From: a virus
Taxonomy: Duplodnaviria > Caudoviricetes
Reading direction: 5' to 3' (one strand)
Virus record (IMG/VR): IMGVR_UViG_3300021091_000107
Location: 1-52,490 of that record
Length of the DNA: 52,490 bases
In this document: piece after piece, positions 9,001 through 20,400 of the stretch
Layout of the letters: every line of letters begins with the position of its first letter
How positions within the stretch are numbered: the stretch's first letter is position 1
The notes under the pieces: generated by a model
What the model was told of the DNA's origin: nothing
The model's input: only the letters and a program-made list of their open reading frames with translations
The model's database searches: none
Position numbers and translations under genes: made by a program

Positions 9001-12000
9001 TCATCATTAAAAGGTAAAAATGTAGTTTCGATTGAATCTCGTCAAACCAAAGCATTAAAAATAACTACAGAAAATCCTGCTTACTTTTTTGAAAACGATA
9101 TTATCACACAAGAAGTAACTGGTGCAACAGGGCAAGTTATATCTAATGTTTTCGATGACAAAACTATAATTTTAAGAAATGTATCTGGAACTTTTAATAA
9201 TACAAATGAATTATTTTCTTCTATTAATGTCATAAACGTTGTAATTGATAAACCATCTGATTATTCGGCTAACTCTACCGTTTCATTGACAAATGGAAAG
9301 CAAGTAGTTATTTTAAAAGTTCAAAGTAATCGTCTTCAGGTATCATCTAATCCATTTGTAGACGGAGAACCAATTGTTTTCAGCAATACGTTTTCTAATA
9401 TTGTTGCCGATCAAATTTATTACGTTGTAAATGCAGAACCAAACAGATTTAAGGTAGCAACTACTCCGAATGGTTCTGCAATTACATTAACAAATAATAA
9501 TTCCCCTGGATCAGTTGCAACCAATCAAAAAGCAAAAGGAACTATTTTAGAATCAACTACTTTTAGAAATTCTATAAAAGTTCGTGTTTTACAGGGTCAA
9601 TTCACAACGGAACAAGGTTATTTTCTAAGAAGTTCTTCAATTAATGATAGTGTTGGTGGAAAAATTGTAACTATATTCAATTTAAGTTCAGACATCAAAC
9701 CAATTTCTATCAATAACAATATTGCAATTTTAAAAACGTCTGAAGATCACAAAATTGGTCAAGGAGAAAATTTCACAGTTAGTATCAATCCTAATGATAC
9801 TACTACAGAAACTACCATATTTGTAAGAAAACGAATTTATCAAACAGTTTCATTAAATGCTCCTAATTTTAATAAAAAATTAAACGATACTGGTATTGGT
9901 AATTTATTTGTTCTCAACAATGGAAGTTACAAAAATAATAATCAAATTGTTGGTGATTACGCTTCAACTACATCTGGAAATGGAACATTTACCAATATAG
10001 AACTAATTTTTGCTGATATTTCAAAATGTAGAGATTTTGAAGGCAGAATAGTAGGTGATTCCGAATTAGCAACTATAGGTAGACCAGGCAATGTTGATAA
10101 TGCAAGAGCTACTATTAGTGTTACTAATGGAGTTGTAACTAATATCGTTTTAACTTATAAAGGAAAACAATATAAGAGAGGTGATATTTTAACCGTTTCC
10201 CCATCTTCTCTCAATAAAGCAGGAACATCTACCAGATCTTTACTTCTAGATGTTCAACATGTTGGATTTGGTGTAAATGATACTACGCTATACTTATCAG
10301 ATGTAAATTATGTTTCAGAGAATGATTATCTTTTAGTTGGTGATGAAGTTGTTAAAGTAACCTCAGTAAATATTCCAAACTCATATGTTGTTGTATTGAG
10401 AGGTCAATACAACACTGATATTAAAGAACATTTTAATAATGAATCAGTTACAAATTATTTAAATCAATACACATTGCCAGTAAATTATCATTTAGGATTG
10501 AGTGATGCGGATGGATATGTATTGAATTATGATTTAAAGACACAACAAATTACAGTTGTATATGATGTTTCTAGAACTTTGGAAAATATCAATTCATTGG
10601 TTCCAAATTATGCTTTCTTTGATGATAGTGATCCTAAAAAATTAGTTACCGTAAAAGATAATTTAGAACCTGCATCATATAAGTTTGAATTTTCATATGA
10701 TGGAGTAACATGGCAAAGAAATCCTGTATTAAAATTACAAAATTACTACAAGTATAAATTAGATACTTCTCATTTCAGTCTAAGAGATAGTTTTATAGAG
10801 TTTTCTCCTAGTGGAAATTATAATATTTTAACTCTTGAGGCAAAACCAAATAATATTCTTCCAGGAAATACTGGTTCATTTATTACCTTCAAATCTGGAT
10901 TTGGCGCAGTGATTGCATCAAATCAATTCACCAATAAAGCTTTAGCAGATTTCAATACTTTCTTTTATTTTGATAAGAATGGTATTATTGATTCTGACAG
11001 ATCTTATGTAAGAATTATTGAAGATCCTTTGCAGGGAGAAAAGACAGCAGATTATGTTACGAACAATGAAATTGTTTATGAATTGTCTACTATTCCTCAA
11101 TATGATGGATCTGGAATTATAACATATACAACTACATCAAAATCTGCAGTAGGTGAAATTAACACAGTTTCTTTATTAAATCAAGGAACAGGATTCAATG
11201 AATTGCCAACAGTATTGGGAGTAAGACCATCTCCTAACAATGAATGTGTAGCAAGAGTTGTTTGGAATTCTCAATTTAAAAATATTTCTTCTATTGTAAT
11301 AGAAAATCCTGGCAAAAATTACATAGAACCAAAAGCAATATTATTAAATGCTACTGGTAAATTTGCGGAATTTAGTATTGTAAAAAATGCTGATGGATCT
11401 ATTGCGGGGGTAATTACAAAAAACAAAGGAATTGGTTACACAGTTGCTCCAGAAATAAGAATTATTGAATCTTCTCCTAAAATTTATTTTACATCATCTA
11501 CAATAGGGCAACCTAAAAATGTAAGAATTATTTTCAATGGAAAAGATTTTATTAAAGATCCAACTATTTCCAAAAAATTTACATCTAATAAAATTTTCTT
11601 GTTAAAAAATATTCAAGGAAATGGATATAAAGATGGGGAACAAATTACCCAAAAAGAAAATAATATTGTGATTGCGACTGGATATGTCGCCAAAAAAGGG
11701 TGGAAAAAAGGAACCAATATTTTAAGAATTGAAAGAGTAGAAGGTCAATTTAAAAATAATCTTCAGATTGTAGGATCATCAGATAATACTGTATCAACGT
11801 TAGTTTCTTCATACGAATCAGAATTTCATGCAGATATAAAATCTTATTTTGACAATCTTGGATTTTATGCTTCCGATAGATCAAAACTAAATTCTAATTA
11901 TCAAAAAATAGCGGATTCATATTTTTACCAAGATTATTCTTATGTTATTAAATCTAAGACACCAATAGATGTCTGGAGAGATTTAATCAAGCAAACTGTT

Positions 12001-15000
12001 CATCCTGCAGGATTTCAGTTGTTTGGTGAAGTTTCTATTGAATCACAAGGAACTAATAGAATTAATCCCGTTCAACCAAAAATCTCACATACTAGTGTTA
12101 TTGAAATATGGGATCCACAAAAAAATAAAATTACAGTAGAAAATACTTATAGAACTATTACCCAATCATCGATTAGAATTAGTGATACTAATGTTCTTAG
12201 AGGTAGAGGATCTGTTGTTGCATCTACTTATGATACTGGAGAAACTTTAGCATATGAATTTAAGTTGACTCCAGATTTCAATGGTTATTTCAATGCAAAT
12301 GGAAATAGGGCAGGAACAACAACATTTACAATAACATTGCTAGGATCAAATACTCCTTATTCAGTTAATAGCAAAGAAAATATTATTTTATCACTGGATG
12401 GTATTGTTCAAGAACCAGGAGTATCATACACAGTTTCTGGCAACCAACTAACATTTTCTAAAGCTCCATTAGGATATAGAAGTGTTTTTGGAAATCCAAT
12501 TACATTTGCACAATATAAAGAAGGTGTTGATAGTCCTGCTCAAAAAATTATTGGTAGAATTGTTAGATTTAAAGATTCTGGATTAAATACTCAATTTTTC
12601 AGAAAATTAAAAGATATATCTACACAATTTAATAATGTCGCCAAAGAATTTGATTTATATTACGAGGATAACACGCCAGTTAATTTATCTTCTGGTGAAA
12701 ATTTATTAGTTGCTATTGATGGTGTTATTCAACAAGCAGGTAGCACTCCATTATTGCCATTAGATAGAGCATACTATATTAAGAGAACTACTATACCAAA
12801 TAAAATTGTATTTGTAGAACCACCAAGAATCTTTAATGATATTAAACAATCTTTTTATGCATATTCTGTTGGTGGATATGAAAGATTGACACTCGACAAA
12901 ATTTATATTGATGGTATTAGAAAAGGACCATTTTTATTAAAATCTGCAGTTTCAGGAAAAACAGTAACTGTGGATGAAGATCTCAATGTCTTAGTTTTTG
13001 TTGATGGTGTTTTACAAAAAAGAAACAAATCGTATGTAATTCGTGGAGCAAATATTTCATTTACTGAACCAATAGATCGTAATCAAAAAGTAAATATAAT
13101 TTATCTTTATGGAAGAGATTATGTTAAATCATTAACATCTTTCAACTATGATAATATTCCATTTTTAAATGAATATGAAATTACTGTATCTGGAAATTAC
13201 ACCAGTGAACCCACCAAAATTCTTTTAGATTCTCCAATTAAGTCAGATTATGCGTATGGATATGTTAAAAGTGTGAGATTTAATGGAACTAATAGTATAA
13301 TTACGGTTCAAACTGATAATAGAAAATTTGCTTTAGGTGATGATTTAATAATTACCAATATTGCAGATTCTTTTTATAATTTAATTATTCCTACATCTAA
13401 TATAATTTCAATTTCTGATTTTGTTCGAGATGATAATTCTCAAGATGTTTTATCCAAATCAAATATAGCTTGGCTCTATAAAACGGTAAAAGACCCCGAA
13501 AGAGGTTTCTTGAGAAAAGGAGATTTTATTAAAATTGACGGTGAAACAGACTACAGAAAAATATTAAACATTCCGAATGTAGCAACAAAAACTGATTATC
13601 GTGATACAGACACATTAGGGTATTATGGAAAAATATCCACGACAAATTATAACGGAACTCCAATAGGTGAGGGTTTAGATATTGTTGCTCAAATTGAAAA
13701 TGGAAAAGTAGTTTCTCTATTGTGGAACCAAAAAGATTGGAATACATTTGAAACTAAAAAGATTCTTCCATCTTCACCTGGATATGGTTATGAAACTGCG
13801 CCACAATTAATATTTGTTTCTCAACCACTAAAAGACGAAGGCGGCACAATTGTGTCTCCTGCTGAAGGTGGTGGAGCAAAAGCATATGCAGTTGTTCATG
13901 ATGGAGAAATAATTGATATTGTTCTTTATGATCAAGGAAGTGGATACATTTCACCACCAAGAGTTTTTGTTGCTCGTGGATATGATGTTTTAAGAAAAGG
14001 AAGAAGTGTAGAAACCAATAAAATTTATGTTGGGATGTCACCTCAACTAGACTTAGCAACGTCTCTTTATATTTCAACAGGTGATAGACTTGATGCAGAT
14101 ATACCTCCCCAAATCTTTATTAGTTCATTCTTATTAGTTACTCCATTTGATTCGAGCAGAAAATTAACTGCAATTATACAAAGATATTTAAATGTAAAAA
14201 CTCCTTCGTCACAAGCACCAATAAATCATGTCAGTACACTTGATTTGAGAGCAAATGTTAGTTCTATAAGTGTTAGTGTAAATCTATTCCAATCATCGTT
14301 AGAAACTCCATTAAGTATTGTAGATTCACAAAACAAAGTTACAATTCAAGAATCGGCAAGATTTATAGAATCTTCGGTGGGATCTTTTGCAAAAGTTAAT
14401 TACTTACTAGCACATAGATCTCTCCATGAAACTGGAGCATACTTAGATGCACCAATGGATTTGGATGATGAGATTGTATTCGTTCCAACTACAGAAAAAT
14501 TTGCTAAGTTTGGCAAATTATTAATTGGAGATGAGATTGTATTTTACAATCAAAAATTATCAGATAGATTTATTTACATCACTAGGGGTTTGAATGGAAC
14601 TACTATAAAAGAACACCCAGCTGGTCAATTCCTCAGACAATTCTCTGATGACGTATCTATCATTAGTGCTGGTGTAAGTTCTGCAGAATCTGTAGCACAA
14701 ATTCAAGTTATTGGTGGCGGTGTAACAACTGCGAGTGTTGGTATTGTAGAAATTGTTCAGGTTGAAATAGATATTACTGAAATATCTTTAGATAATCAGT
14801 TTACTGAAATTTTACAAATTGCAAATTTTGTCAATTCTATTAATTCAACTAGAATTGAATCTATATTTAATAGTAATATTGGTATTTCTATTGCAACCAG
14901 TGAGAATCAAATATCTCGTCAAATCAAGACAATTCTCTCTTCTGGTATTGAAAATATTTCGGTCAATACTATTCAAAAAATTACACCAGCAACTGAAAGA

Positions 15001-15609
15001 TTCTATAAAACAGGATTTGTAGATTATTATGTTGAAAGTATTCTATTTACAAATCCAATTATACAAAGAAATGGTAATTCTGTAATATTAGAAAATCCTG
15101 GTAATTTGGTACATCAAAGATCAGGTAATATTGTTTCAATTAATAATGCACAACAAAATCCAGATGATCTTTTATCATATTCAATTGGCAATATTGGAAA
15201 TAATTTATCTATGTTGAATGAGTGGTATACAGTTGACGATGGATCTGCAAACGTTTCTGGATTAACTTTTAATGAAATTGATTATAATTATAGTCAATTT
15301 ACTCTTCGAGATTTTAGTGATAAAGGAATTTCTGCAATATCTCATTCAAGAATTATCTGGAATTTGACTTGCCCATCAATACAAAATCCCGTAGCAATAT
15401 CTTCATCAAATGGAACTATAGGATCTACTATTACCGTTCAAAATACATCATATTTCCCAAGCACAGGATACATTTACCATTCAAATGGAACTGTTTTTGG
15501 AGTCATTCAATATACAGGAAAAACATCAACTACATTTACTGGTTGCACTGTTTATTCTGGATCAAATACGATTTATACTGGTTCAGAGATAATACCATAT
15601 TTCATCTAA
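6094..15609 (+). CDS. gp7: Giant baseplate wedge initiator (gp7-like), 3171 aa, with many inserted domains
   Basis: Between gp6 and gp8; QLPNFISTEYPKF, IKKFYAVKGT..SIRFIF, DSYFYQDYSYVIKS...HPAG motifs; YHYH-like segment and GSGY repeats. Confidence 0.8.
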   Translation: MASKVRNLSALIDKQLPNFISTEYPKFSTFLQKYYEQLELPGQPLDLINNLSKYRDIDTYETKILQENTTVVSNVNPLDTVITVADTKSFPDTNGYILIDDEAIFYRSKTSNTFVGCYRNINATTKLGDLYSKPDIKTVNYEDLGEGKTHLSGKVVSNISNLFLYALVKNFEKEYLGSFPEKDLKTQVDKSLLIKNIKKFYAVKGTDQSIRFIFNSIVAKDSSDIPTVYYPNQSTYKTSNGEWINKYALKVKVLSGDINKIIGEKLIQNQSLSDTSIKNAFGVVDNIVDIGDGFYEVILGTDTVVGQFSVANRTYLTKSVNNTQSVNSKINVYSTAGWSNTSGSIIVGNEVIVFKNKNINQFEVESRGSTPQYHNVNTIVYNNTPVFSSYIDNNGATQQVRLLVFGILYNLTPSSLKAHSKEGDFIQISEPGFESRDTILFDRISGNYRWLINENNTNPSSPNTTINSDLSEVLVNVSAIFEDDQYYYITSSGYPSHDIGKTNWNISLKDQQKLKLIRKYPTRTTEIYKTQPNEVGILVNGTTVRSYKDSNQNLVTFGEITNIEVTNKGSGYKDVPFVLIQDGAGEIVAQGKAVLSGEVIDRIDVLESGSGFFPPVPSITITSGRGAVVEAVVTGDKVSKLKIVNPGEYYSTPPKIIIKDSLGKGRFANYTAVINNAGQIVDFVQNDAGKFYTQQNVSVEIVPVGSGATAVSVVRTWRRNLVFKHSNSLDTNYGYYFQNNDPSIGYGYSYLANPKSLRYELGDNISSLFAETSQLVHSPILGYAFDGNPIYGPYGYSNSLDSNSAVARMTSSYSLKPNRLDGPSIDTYPLSSFVEDFEYIHRSGSLDENNGRFCVTPEYPSGTYAYFMTISADNTPVYPYVIGDNFYSLPVDSNYNKVISQKDLPQKVRRLITDKTPENGSGVLAYVESINSGSLNGVVVESSTNTFAVGSVVDIDYTNTDGSNAVAQVSSLKGKNVVSIESRQTKALKITTENPAYFFENDIITQEVTGATGQVISNVFDDKTIILRNVSGTFNNTNELFSSINVINVVIDKPSDYSANSTVSLTNGKQVVILKVQSNRLQVSSNPFVDGEPIVFSNTFSNIVADQIYYVVNAEPNRFKVATTPNGSAITLTNNNSPGSVATNQKAKGTILESTTFRNSIKVRVLQGQFTTEQGYFLRSSSINDSVGGKIVTIFNLSSDIKPISINNNIAILKTSEDHKIGQGENFTVSINPNDTTTETTIFVRKRIYQTVSLNAPNFNKKLNDTGIGNLFVLNNGSYKNNNQIVGDYASTTSGNGTFTNIELIFADISKCRDFEGRIVGDSELATIGRPGNVDNARATISVTNGVVTNIVLTYKGKQYKRGDILTVSPSSLNKAGTSTRSLLLDVQHVGFGVNDTTLYLSDVNYVSENDYLLVGDEVVKVTSVNIPNSYVVVLRGQYNTDIKEHFNNESVTNYLNQYTLPVNYHLGLSDADGYVLNYDLKTQQITVVYDVSRTLENINSLVPNYAFFDDSDPKKLVTVKDNLEPASYKFEFSYDGVTWQRNPVLKLQNYYKYKLDTSHFSLRDSFIEFSPSGNYNILTLEAKPNNILPGNTGSFITFKSGFGAVIASNQFTNKALADFNTFFYFDKNGIIDSDRSYVRIIEDPLQGEKTADYVTNNEIVYELSTIPQYDGSGIITYTTTSKSAVGEINTVSLLNQGTGFNELPTVLGVRPSPNNECVARVVWNSQFKNISSIVIENPGKNYIEPKAILLNATGKFAEFSIVKNADGSIAGVITKNKGIGYTVAPEIRIIESSPKIYFTSSTIGQPKNVRIIFNGKDFIKDPTISKKFTSNKIFLLKNIQGNGYKDGEQITQKENNIVIATGYVAKKGWKKGTNILRIERVEGQFKNNLQIVGSSDNTVSTLVSSYESEFHADIKSYFDNLGFYASDRSKLNSNYQKIADSYFYQDYSYVIKSKTPIDVWRDLIKQTVHPAGFQLFGEVSIESQGTNRINPVQPKISHTSVIEIWDPQKNKITVENTYRTITQSSIRISDTNVLRGRGSVVASTYDTGETLAYEFKLTPDFNGYFNANGNRAGTTTFTITLLGSNTPYSVNSKENIILSLDGIVQEPGVSYTVSGNQLTFSKAPLGYRSVFGNPITFAQYKEGVDSPAQKIIGRIVRFKDSGLNTQFFRKLKDISTQFNNVAKEFDLYYEDNTPVNLSSGENLLVAIDGVIQQAGSTPLLPLDRAYYIKRTTIPNKIVFVEPPRIFNDIKQSFYAYSVGGYERLTLDKIYIDGIRKGPFLLKSAVSGKTVTVDEDLNVLVFVDGVLQKRNKSYVIRGANISFTEPIDRNQKVNIIYLYGRDYVKSLTSFNYDNIPFLNEYEITVSGNYTSEPTKILLDSPIKSDYAYGYVKSVRFNGTNSIITVQTDNRKFALGDDLIITNIADSFYNLIIPTSNIISISDFVRDDNSQDVLSKSNIAWLYKTVKDPERGFLRKGDFIKIDGETDYRKILNIPNVATKTDYRDTDTLGYYGKISTTNYNGTPIGEGLDIVAQIENGKVVSLLWNQKDWNTFETKKILPSSPGYGYETAPQLIFVSQPLKDEGGTIVSPAEGGGAKAYAVVHDGEIIDIVLYDQGSGYISPPRVFVARGYDVLRKGRSVETNKIYVGMSPQLDLATSLYISTGDRLDADIPPQIFISSFLLVTPFDSSRKLTAIIQRYLNVKTPSSQAPINHVSTLDLRANVSSISVSVNLFQSSLETPLSIVDSQNKVTIQESARFIESSVGSFAKVNYLLAHRSLHETGAYLDAPMDLDDEIVFVPTTEKFAKFGKLLIGDEIVFYNQKLSDRFIYITRGLNGTTIKEHPAGQFLRQFSDDVSIISAGVSSAESVAQIQVIGGGVTTASVGIVEIVQVEIDITEISLDNQFTEILQIANFVNSINSTRIESIFNSNIGISIATSENQISRQIKTILSSGIENISVNTIQKITPATERFYKTGFVDYYVESILFTNPIIQRNGNSVILENPGNLVHQRSGNIVSINNAQQNPDDLLSYSIGNIGNNLSMLNEWYTVDDGSANVSGLTFNEIDYNYSQFTLRDFSDKGISAISHSRIIWNLTCPSIQNPVAISSSNGTIGSTITVQNTSYFPSTGYIYHSNGTVFGVIQYTGKTSTTFTGCTVYSGSNTIYTGSEIIPYFI

Positions 15610-15613
15610 ACCT

Positions 15614-15627
15614 TATAAATATAAATA
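15614..15627 (+). promoter_or_regulatory. Two overlapping T4 late promoters
   Basis: TATAAATA at 15614-15621 and 15620-15627, upstream of gp8. Confidence 0.8.
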
Positions 15628-15651
15628 AAATACCGTTCGGAGAACTATTAA

Positions 15652-17412
15652 ATGGCTGCTATCATTTCTGAAAAGTTCAGAATTTTCAACGCCAAGCAAT
15701 TTCTGGAATCTCTTTCAGAAGGTACTGGCGATACTTCCTCAGACCGATCAAGAATGTATTTCTTTGTCGGCAGACCTCAAGCATGGAAAGCATTTGTAGA
15801 AATTTATGCTGTAAGCTCAACTAATTTCTCTGTTGGAGAAGAAGTTTATGTTGGTGCTAGTTTAGGTGCTGCAACTTTCAAAGGAACTGTTGCTGAAGTA
15901 AATCCCAATAGTCTACTTCTAACAGGTATTGGTCCTACAGTAAGTGCTACTCCTGCTGCTGGAGCAACTTTAACTGGAAACACTTCAACTGCAACTGCTA
16001 AAGTTGGCGTTTACAGATATGCAACAGAAGAAATTCCTACTGCTCCTATCGACAACCAAGAAGAAAAATTTGATGTTTATGATGATATGATTGCTCTTAA
16101 GAGAGTAACTTCATCATATGCAAGACACGTAATCAGACGTTATAACTGGGATTTAACTGTAAATCCTAAGTTTGATATGTGGAGAGCAGATTATTCCGCT
16201 CTAAAACTAACTGCTACTGGCGAATCTTCAATTGCTACAGCAAAATATGCTGTTATGAATAATCAGTATGAAGTTTTTGCTTGTCTATACAATGGAACAA
16301 ATCCTTCCAACCTGAATGGTCGAAACGCAACATACACTCCAACAACTACTCCAGTTTCAGGAGAAGGAACGTATTCTGGGGATATTTACACCGAACCAAG
16401 TGGAACCGCTGGTTATGTTTGGAAATACATGTATACTATTCCAACAGATGATGTTATTAAGTTCCTTTCATCAGACTTCATGCCAATCGTTTTAAATGGC
16501 ACTGTTCAGTCTGCTGCTGTTGATGGTGCTATTCAAGTAGCTCTACTAAAAGATGCTGGCGGAAATCTCCCAACTTCCACAACTTTATATGCTGCTATTT
16601 TAGGTGACGGTTCTGGTGGTAAAGTTTCTATTACTACTAATGGTTCTGGTGCTATTACAGGTGTTTCTGTAATTGCTGCTGGTTCTGGTTATACCTATGC
16701 TAATGTTGTTCTTAAGAATGGTTATCTTTACACTAACTCTTCATTGACAACGGCAGCTACAGTTGCTGCAAACGCATTTGGTTCAATTGAAGTTATTATT
16801 CCTCCTCAAGGTGGTCATGGTGCAGATCCAGTAATGGAATTGAATTCCAAGCGTGTAATGATGAATATTCGTCTTACATACGCAGAAGGTTCTGGTGATT
16901 TCCCCGTAGATAACGATTTCAGAAGAATTGGAATTGTTCAAGATCCTCTACAGTATGGTTCTAGCAATTACCTAACAGTCGATAACGCATCTGCGCTATA
17001 TGCTGTTAAATTGACTGGAGTTAATGGAAACTTTGTTGCAGATGAAATTATCACACAAACAAATAGTGGATTAGTTTCAAAAGGAACAGTGGTTTCTTGG
17101 ACACTAGATTCAGGAAGCACTACTGCAGGTGTTCTTAAGTATTACCAATCTGCTGAACAACATGCAGATAATGGTGTGGTTAGAGCATTTGTTTCAACTG
17201 GAGCAAACGCTATCACAGGTGCTACTAGCGGAAGATCAGGAAACGTTGATACTGCATATGCAGCTTCACTCCTTGGTGTTAATTTCGCTGCTGGTTTGGC
17301 GACACCAGAAGTAAAAGCAAATTCTGGAGAAGCAATCTATGTAGAGAATAGAAGACTAATCACAAGAGCTCCTGACCAAATTGAAGATATTAAATTAGTT
17401 ATTGAATTTTGA
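15652..17412 (+). CDS. gp8: Baseplate wedge subunit
   Basis: MAAIISEKFRIFNA, YFFVGRPQAW, GYVWKYMYTI, PPQGGHGAD, DFRRIGI, YVENRRLITRAPDQIEDIKLVIEF. Confidence 0.9.
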   Translation: MAAIISEKFRIFNAKQFLESLSEGTGDTSSDRSRMYFFVGRPQAWKAFVEIYAVSSTNFSVGEEVYVGASLGAATFKGTVAEVNPNSLLLTGIGPTVSATPAAGATLTGNTSTATAKVGVYRYATEEIPTAPIDNQEEKFDVYDDMIALKRVTSSYARHVIRRYNWDLTVNPKFDMWRADYSALKLTATGESSIATAKYAVMNNQYEVFACLYNGTNPSNLNGRNATYTPTTTPVSGEGTYSGDIYTEPSGTAGYVWKYMYTIPTDDVIKFLSSDFMPIVLNGTVQSAAVDGAIQVALLKDAGGNLPTSTTLYAAILGDGSGGKVSITTNGSGAITGVSVIAAGSGYTYANVVLKNGYLYTNSSLTTAATVAANAFGSIEVIIPPQGGHGADPVMELNSKRVMMNIRLTYAEGSGDFPVDNDFRRIGIVQDPLQYGSSNYLTVDNASALYAVKLTGVNGNFVADEIITQTNSGLVSKGTVVSWTLDSGSTTAGVLKYYQSAEQHADNGVVRAFVSTGANAITGATSGRSGNVDTAYAASLLGVNFAAGLATPEVKANSGEAIYVENRRLITRAPDQIEDIKLVIEF

Positions 17413-17464
17413 TTTATAAATTTATTAATATTCCCCACTCATAGTAAAGAGAGCCTGAGCTAAA

Positions 17465-20400
17465 ATGCCCCAGAAGATTAATCTTAACGCGCCTCCATAT
17501 AACGATGATTTCAATATTGACAAAGGTTATTACAAAGTTCTTTTTAGACCAGGATATTCTATTCAGTCTAGAGAATTAACAACCTTACAATCTGTTCTGC
17601 AAAATCAAATTGAAAGTATTGGTCGTAGTAGATTCAAGCAGGGGCAGCAGGTAATTCCTGGAGAAGTATCTTTTAATAATAAATTAAATTATGTAAAACT
17701 ATCTTCAGTTTCTGAAGTAGCAGTCAATATTAATGGCAATGTCGTATTCCAAAAATATGACATTGCCAATTTATTGGGATCTACTATTCAAGGTTTATCT
17801 TCTGGGGTAACTGCTACCGTTATTTCATATGCATATGGTAATGATATTGAATCTGATATTCTGTATGTAAAATACACTAATAGTGGCAATTCTAATACCG
17901 AGTCTACTTTTAGACAAGGTGAAACTTTAGAAGCAACTAATATTGCAGATACTCCAACATTAGTTGTTGGAACAGATGGTAGTGTTTTACCAACTACTAT
18001 AGACGTTAAGGATTATGATACTGGAAAGATAACTACTATCGATAGCCCTGCAATGGGTTATGCGTCAGCAGTTAATGTTCAAGAAGGTGTGTATTTTGTA
18101 AATGGTTATTTTGTAAATAATTCTGAAGAATTAATTGTAGTAGATAAGTATTACAATAAACCATCAGCAAAAGTTGGATTTACTATTACAGAATCATTAG
18201 TTACATCTGAAGAAGATGCAACTCTATATGACAACGCTAGAGGATTTTCTAATTTTGCAGCTCCTGGAGCACACAGATTACAAATTAAATTATCTCTATT
18301 AGTTAAAGAATTTGACGCGCTAACTGACGAAAATTATGTTCAATTAGTATCAATTAAAAATGGCGAGGTTCAGCAACTAGTAAAAACTACTGATTACAAT
18401 ATAATTGAAGAAACTTTAGCCAGAAGAACTTATGATGAGTCTGGTGATTATGTTGTAGATAATTTTTCATTAGATTTACGAGAATTTTATCAGCAAAACA
18501 ATAATAAAGGTATTTACCCATTAAATGAAGAAACCGAACTAGTGGATGGAAAAACAACTTCCGAAGCTAATTCTTTAATGGTTGCTGGATTAGGATCAGG
18601 AAAAGCATATATTAAAGGTTACGAAGTTGTAAATAAAGACACGAAATATATTGATGTCAATAAAGCTAGAGATACTCTCACGAAAGAAGATGTTAGAGTA
18701 AAATCTTCTTCTTTATCTTACTTTAACATCAGTAATGTTTATGGATCTATCCCAGTAAACTCGGAGGGTCAAGAATTAACAGCATACCCAACAGTTTACT
18801 TAAACTCAACATTCAATGATGGTTCCATAGGATATAACAATACAGAATCTACTTCAAGCACTAAACAGACTATTTCCAGAAGAGGTGTTAAGTTTGGATT
18901 AGATGATGCAATTATTACATTATACATGCCTAATCCAGGTAATTATTCTAGCACCACGTTCCCAACTCCAGACACATTTGGATCGTCTCTAACTACTCTT
19001 TGGTATGTTGTAAATTTAGGAACAACTCCAGCTTCAACTACTGTAAGGTCAGTTTCGGTATTATCTTATTCTGTGGTAAAAAGACCTTTTGATATTGGAG
19101 TAGAATCTCCAAATACAGACTATCTAGAATTAACAGTAGTCGGAAACAAAGAAGATATTTACTACTTCTTAAAAGAGTATGACGATAACGATCCTTCAAA
19201 GAGAAGAAAATTATTTAAAACTCAAGCAGATGCGAAGGATTATTATTTCCAAGTAGGAACTTCAACAATTTTTCCATATTCAGAAGTTTATGATTACAAT
19301 GAAATAATTACTCCTGTTGTTGGTGTTTGTAAACCAAAAGATTTCAGTTTAATTCAAAGAGGTTCTGGATTTAATGAAGATATTGATATTGTTTTATCTA
19401 AAGGGAGATTAGGAGATGGAACTTCATCTTATAATTCTATTTTTAGATTAGCATATTTCAATCCGACATTCTTCACTAGAGTTGTTCTAGATCAAGATAT
19501 TTCATCAAATACCTTCTTACCAGGGAAATACATCTTAGGTTCTACTAGTGGCTCTTATGGGGTCGTAGAGGGGTCTACAGCGTCAAAATATACGGTGGGT
19601 AATATTCTGTTTGTCAGAATGCTATCTGGTAATTTTGTTTCTGGAGAAACAATCACAGACGAATCTGGCAACTCTAGAAGAATTGCTAGAGAAGGAACAA
19701 TATCACATTTTGTGGTAATGAAGAGAGGTGATGGTTATCCAGTTAATACTGGTATTAAAGTTAATGGTGTTCAATATACTAGTTCTGCAGTAGAAATTAG
19801 TTATCTTGCTCAAGCAATTTATAAGGTAACTATTAAAGACAAAAACTTGTTAGGTCAAGTTTATGCAACAACTCCAGAAGTATCATTTAATACAGGAAAT
19901 ACAAATCCTATTTCTCAAGCGGTTGTTATTCCTGTATTATACAGAAATACTGTTTATACTTTTGATCCCCAAAACGTAAAATCAGTAAGTTCTACTTTTG
20001 GCGCTGGTAATGCATATAACTTTACCGCTGACGTAGAATCTTTCCAATCTTCATATGTCACAAATAAAATCTTAACAGATTTTACTTTTTCTGGAAGTAA
20101 AGGTCAAAAATATATTGAATGTAATGGATTTTCAGGAGATCCGTCAAGTGATTTAATTCAGGGAGATATTATTCAATTTAATGATGCTACAAATACTGCA
20201 GTAAGATCTGTTGTTCAAAGAGTAGAAAAAGCAGAAGGTCTTATTAAATCTAAAGTATACTTAGATAATGCTCTCAGAAATGACGTAGCAAATGCTAGTG
20301 TTATTAGAGTTCGACCAACTATTCAAAATAGTGCTACATCATCATTACTAATACCTATTGGATCAAAGTATCCATCTAGTATTGTAGATTCACCAGATGA

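Noticed and set aside
17415-17422. TATAAATT as a late promoter before the VrlC-like gene
   Set aside because: Mismatch at the conserved final A in very AT-rich DNA; plausible but not supportable
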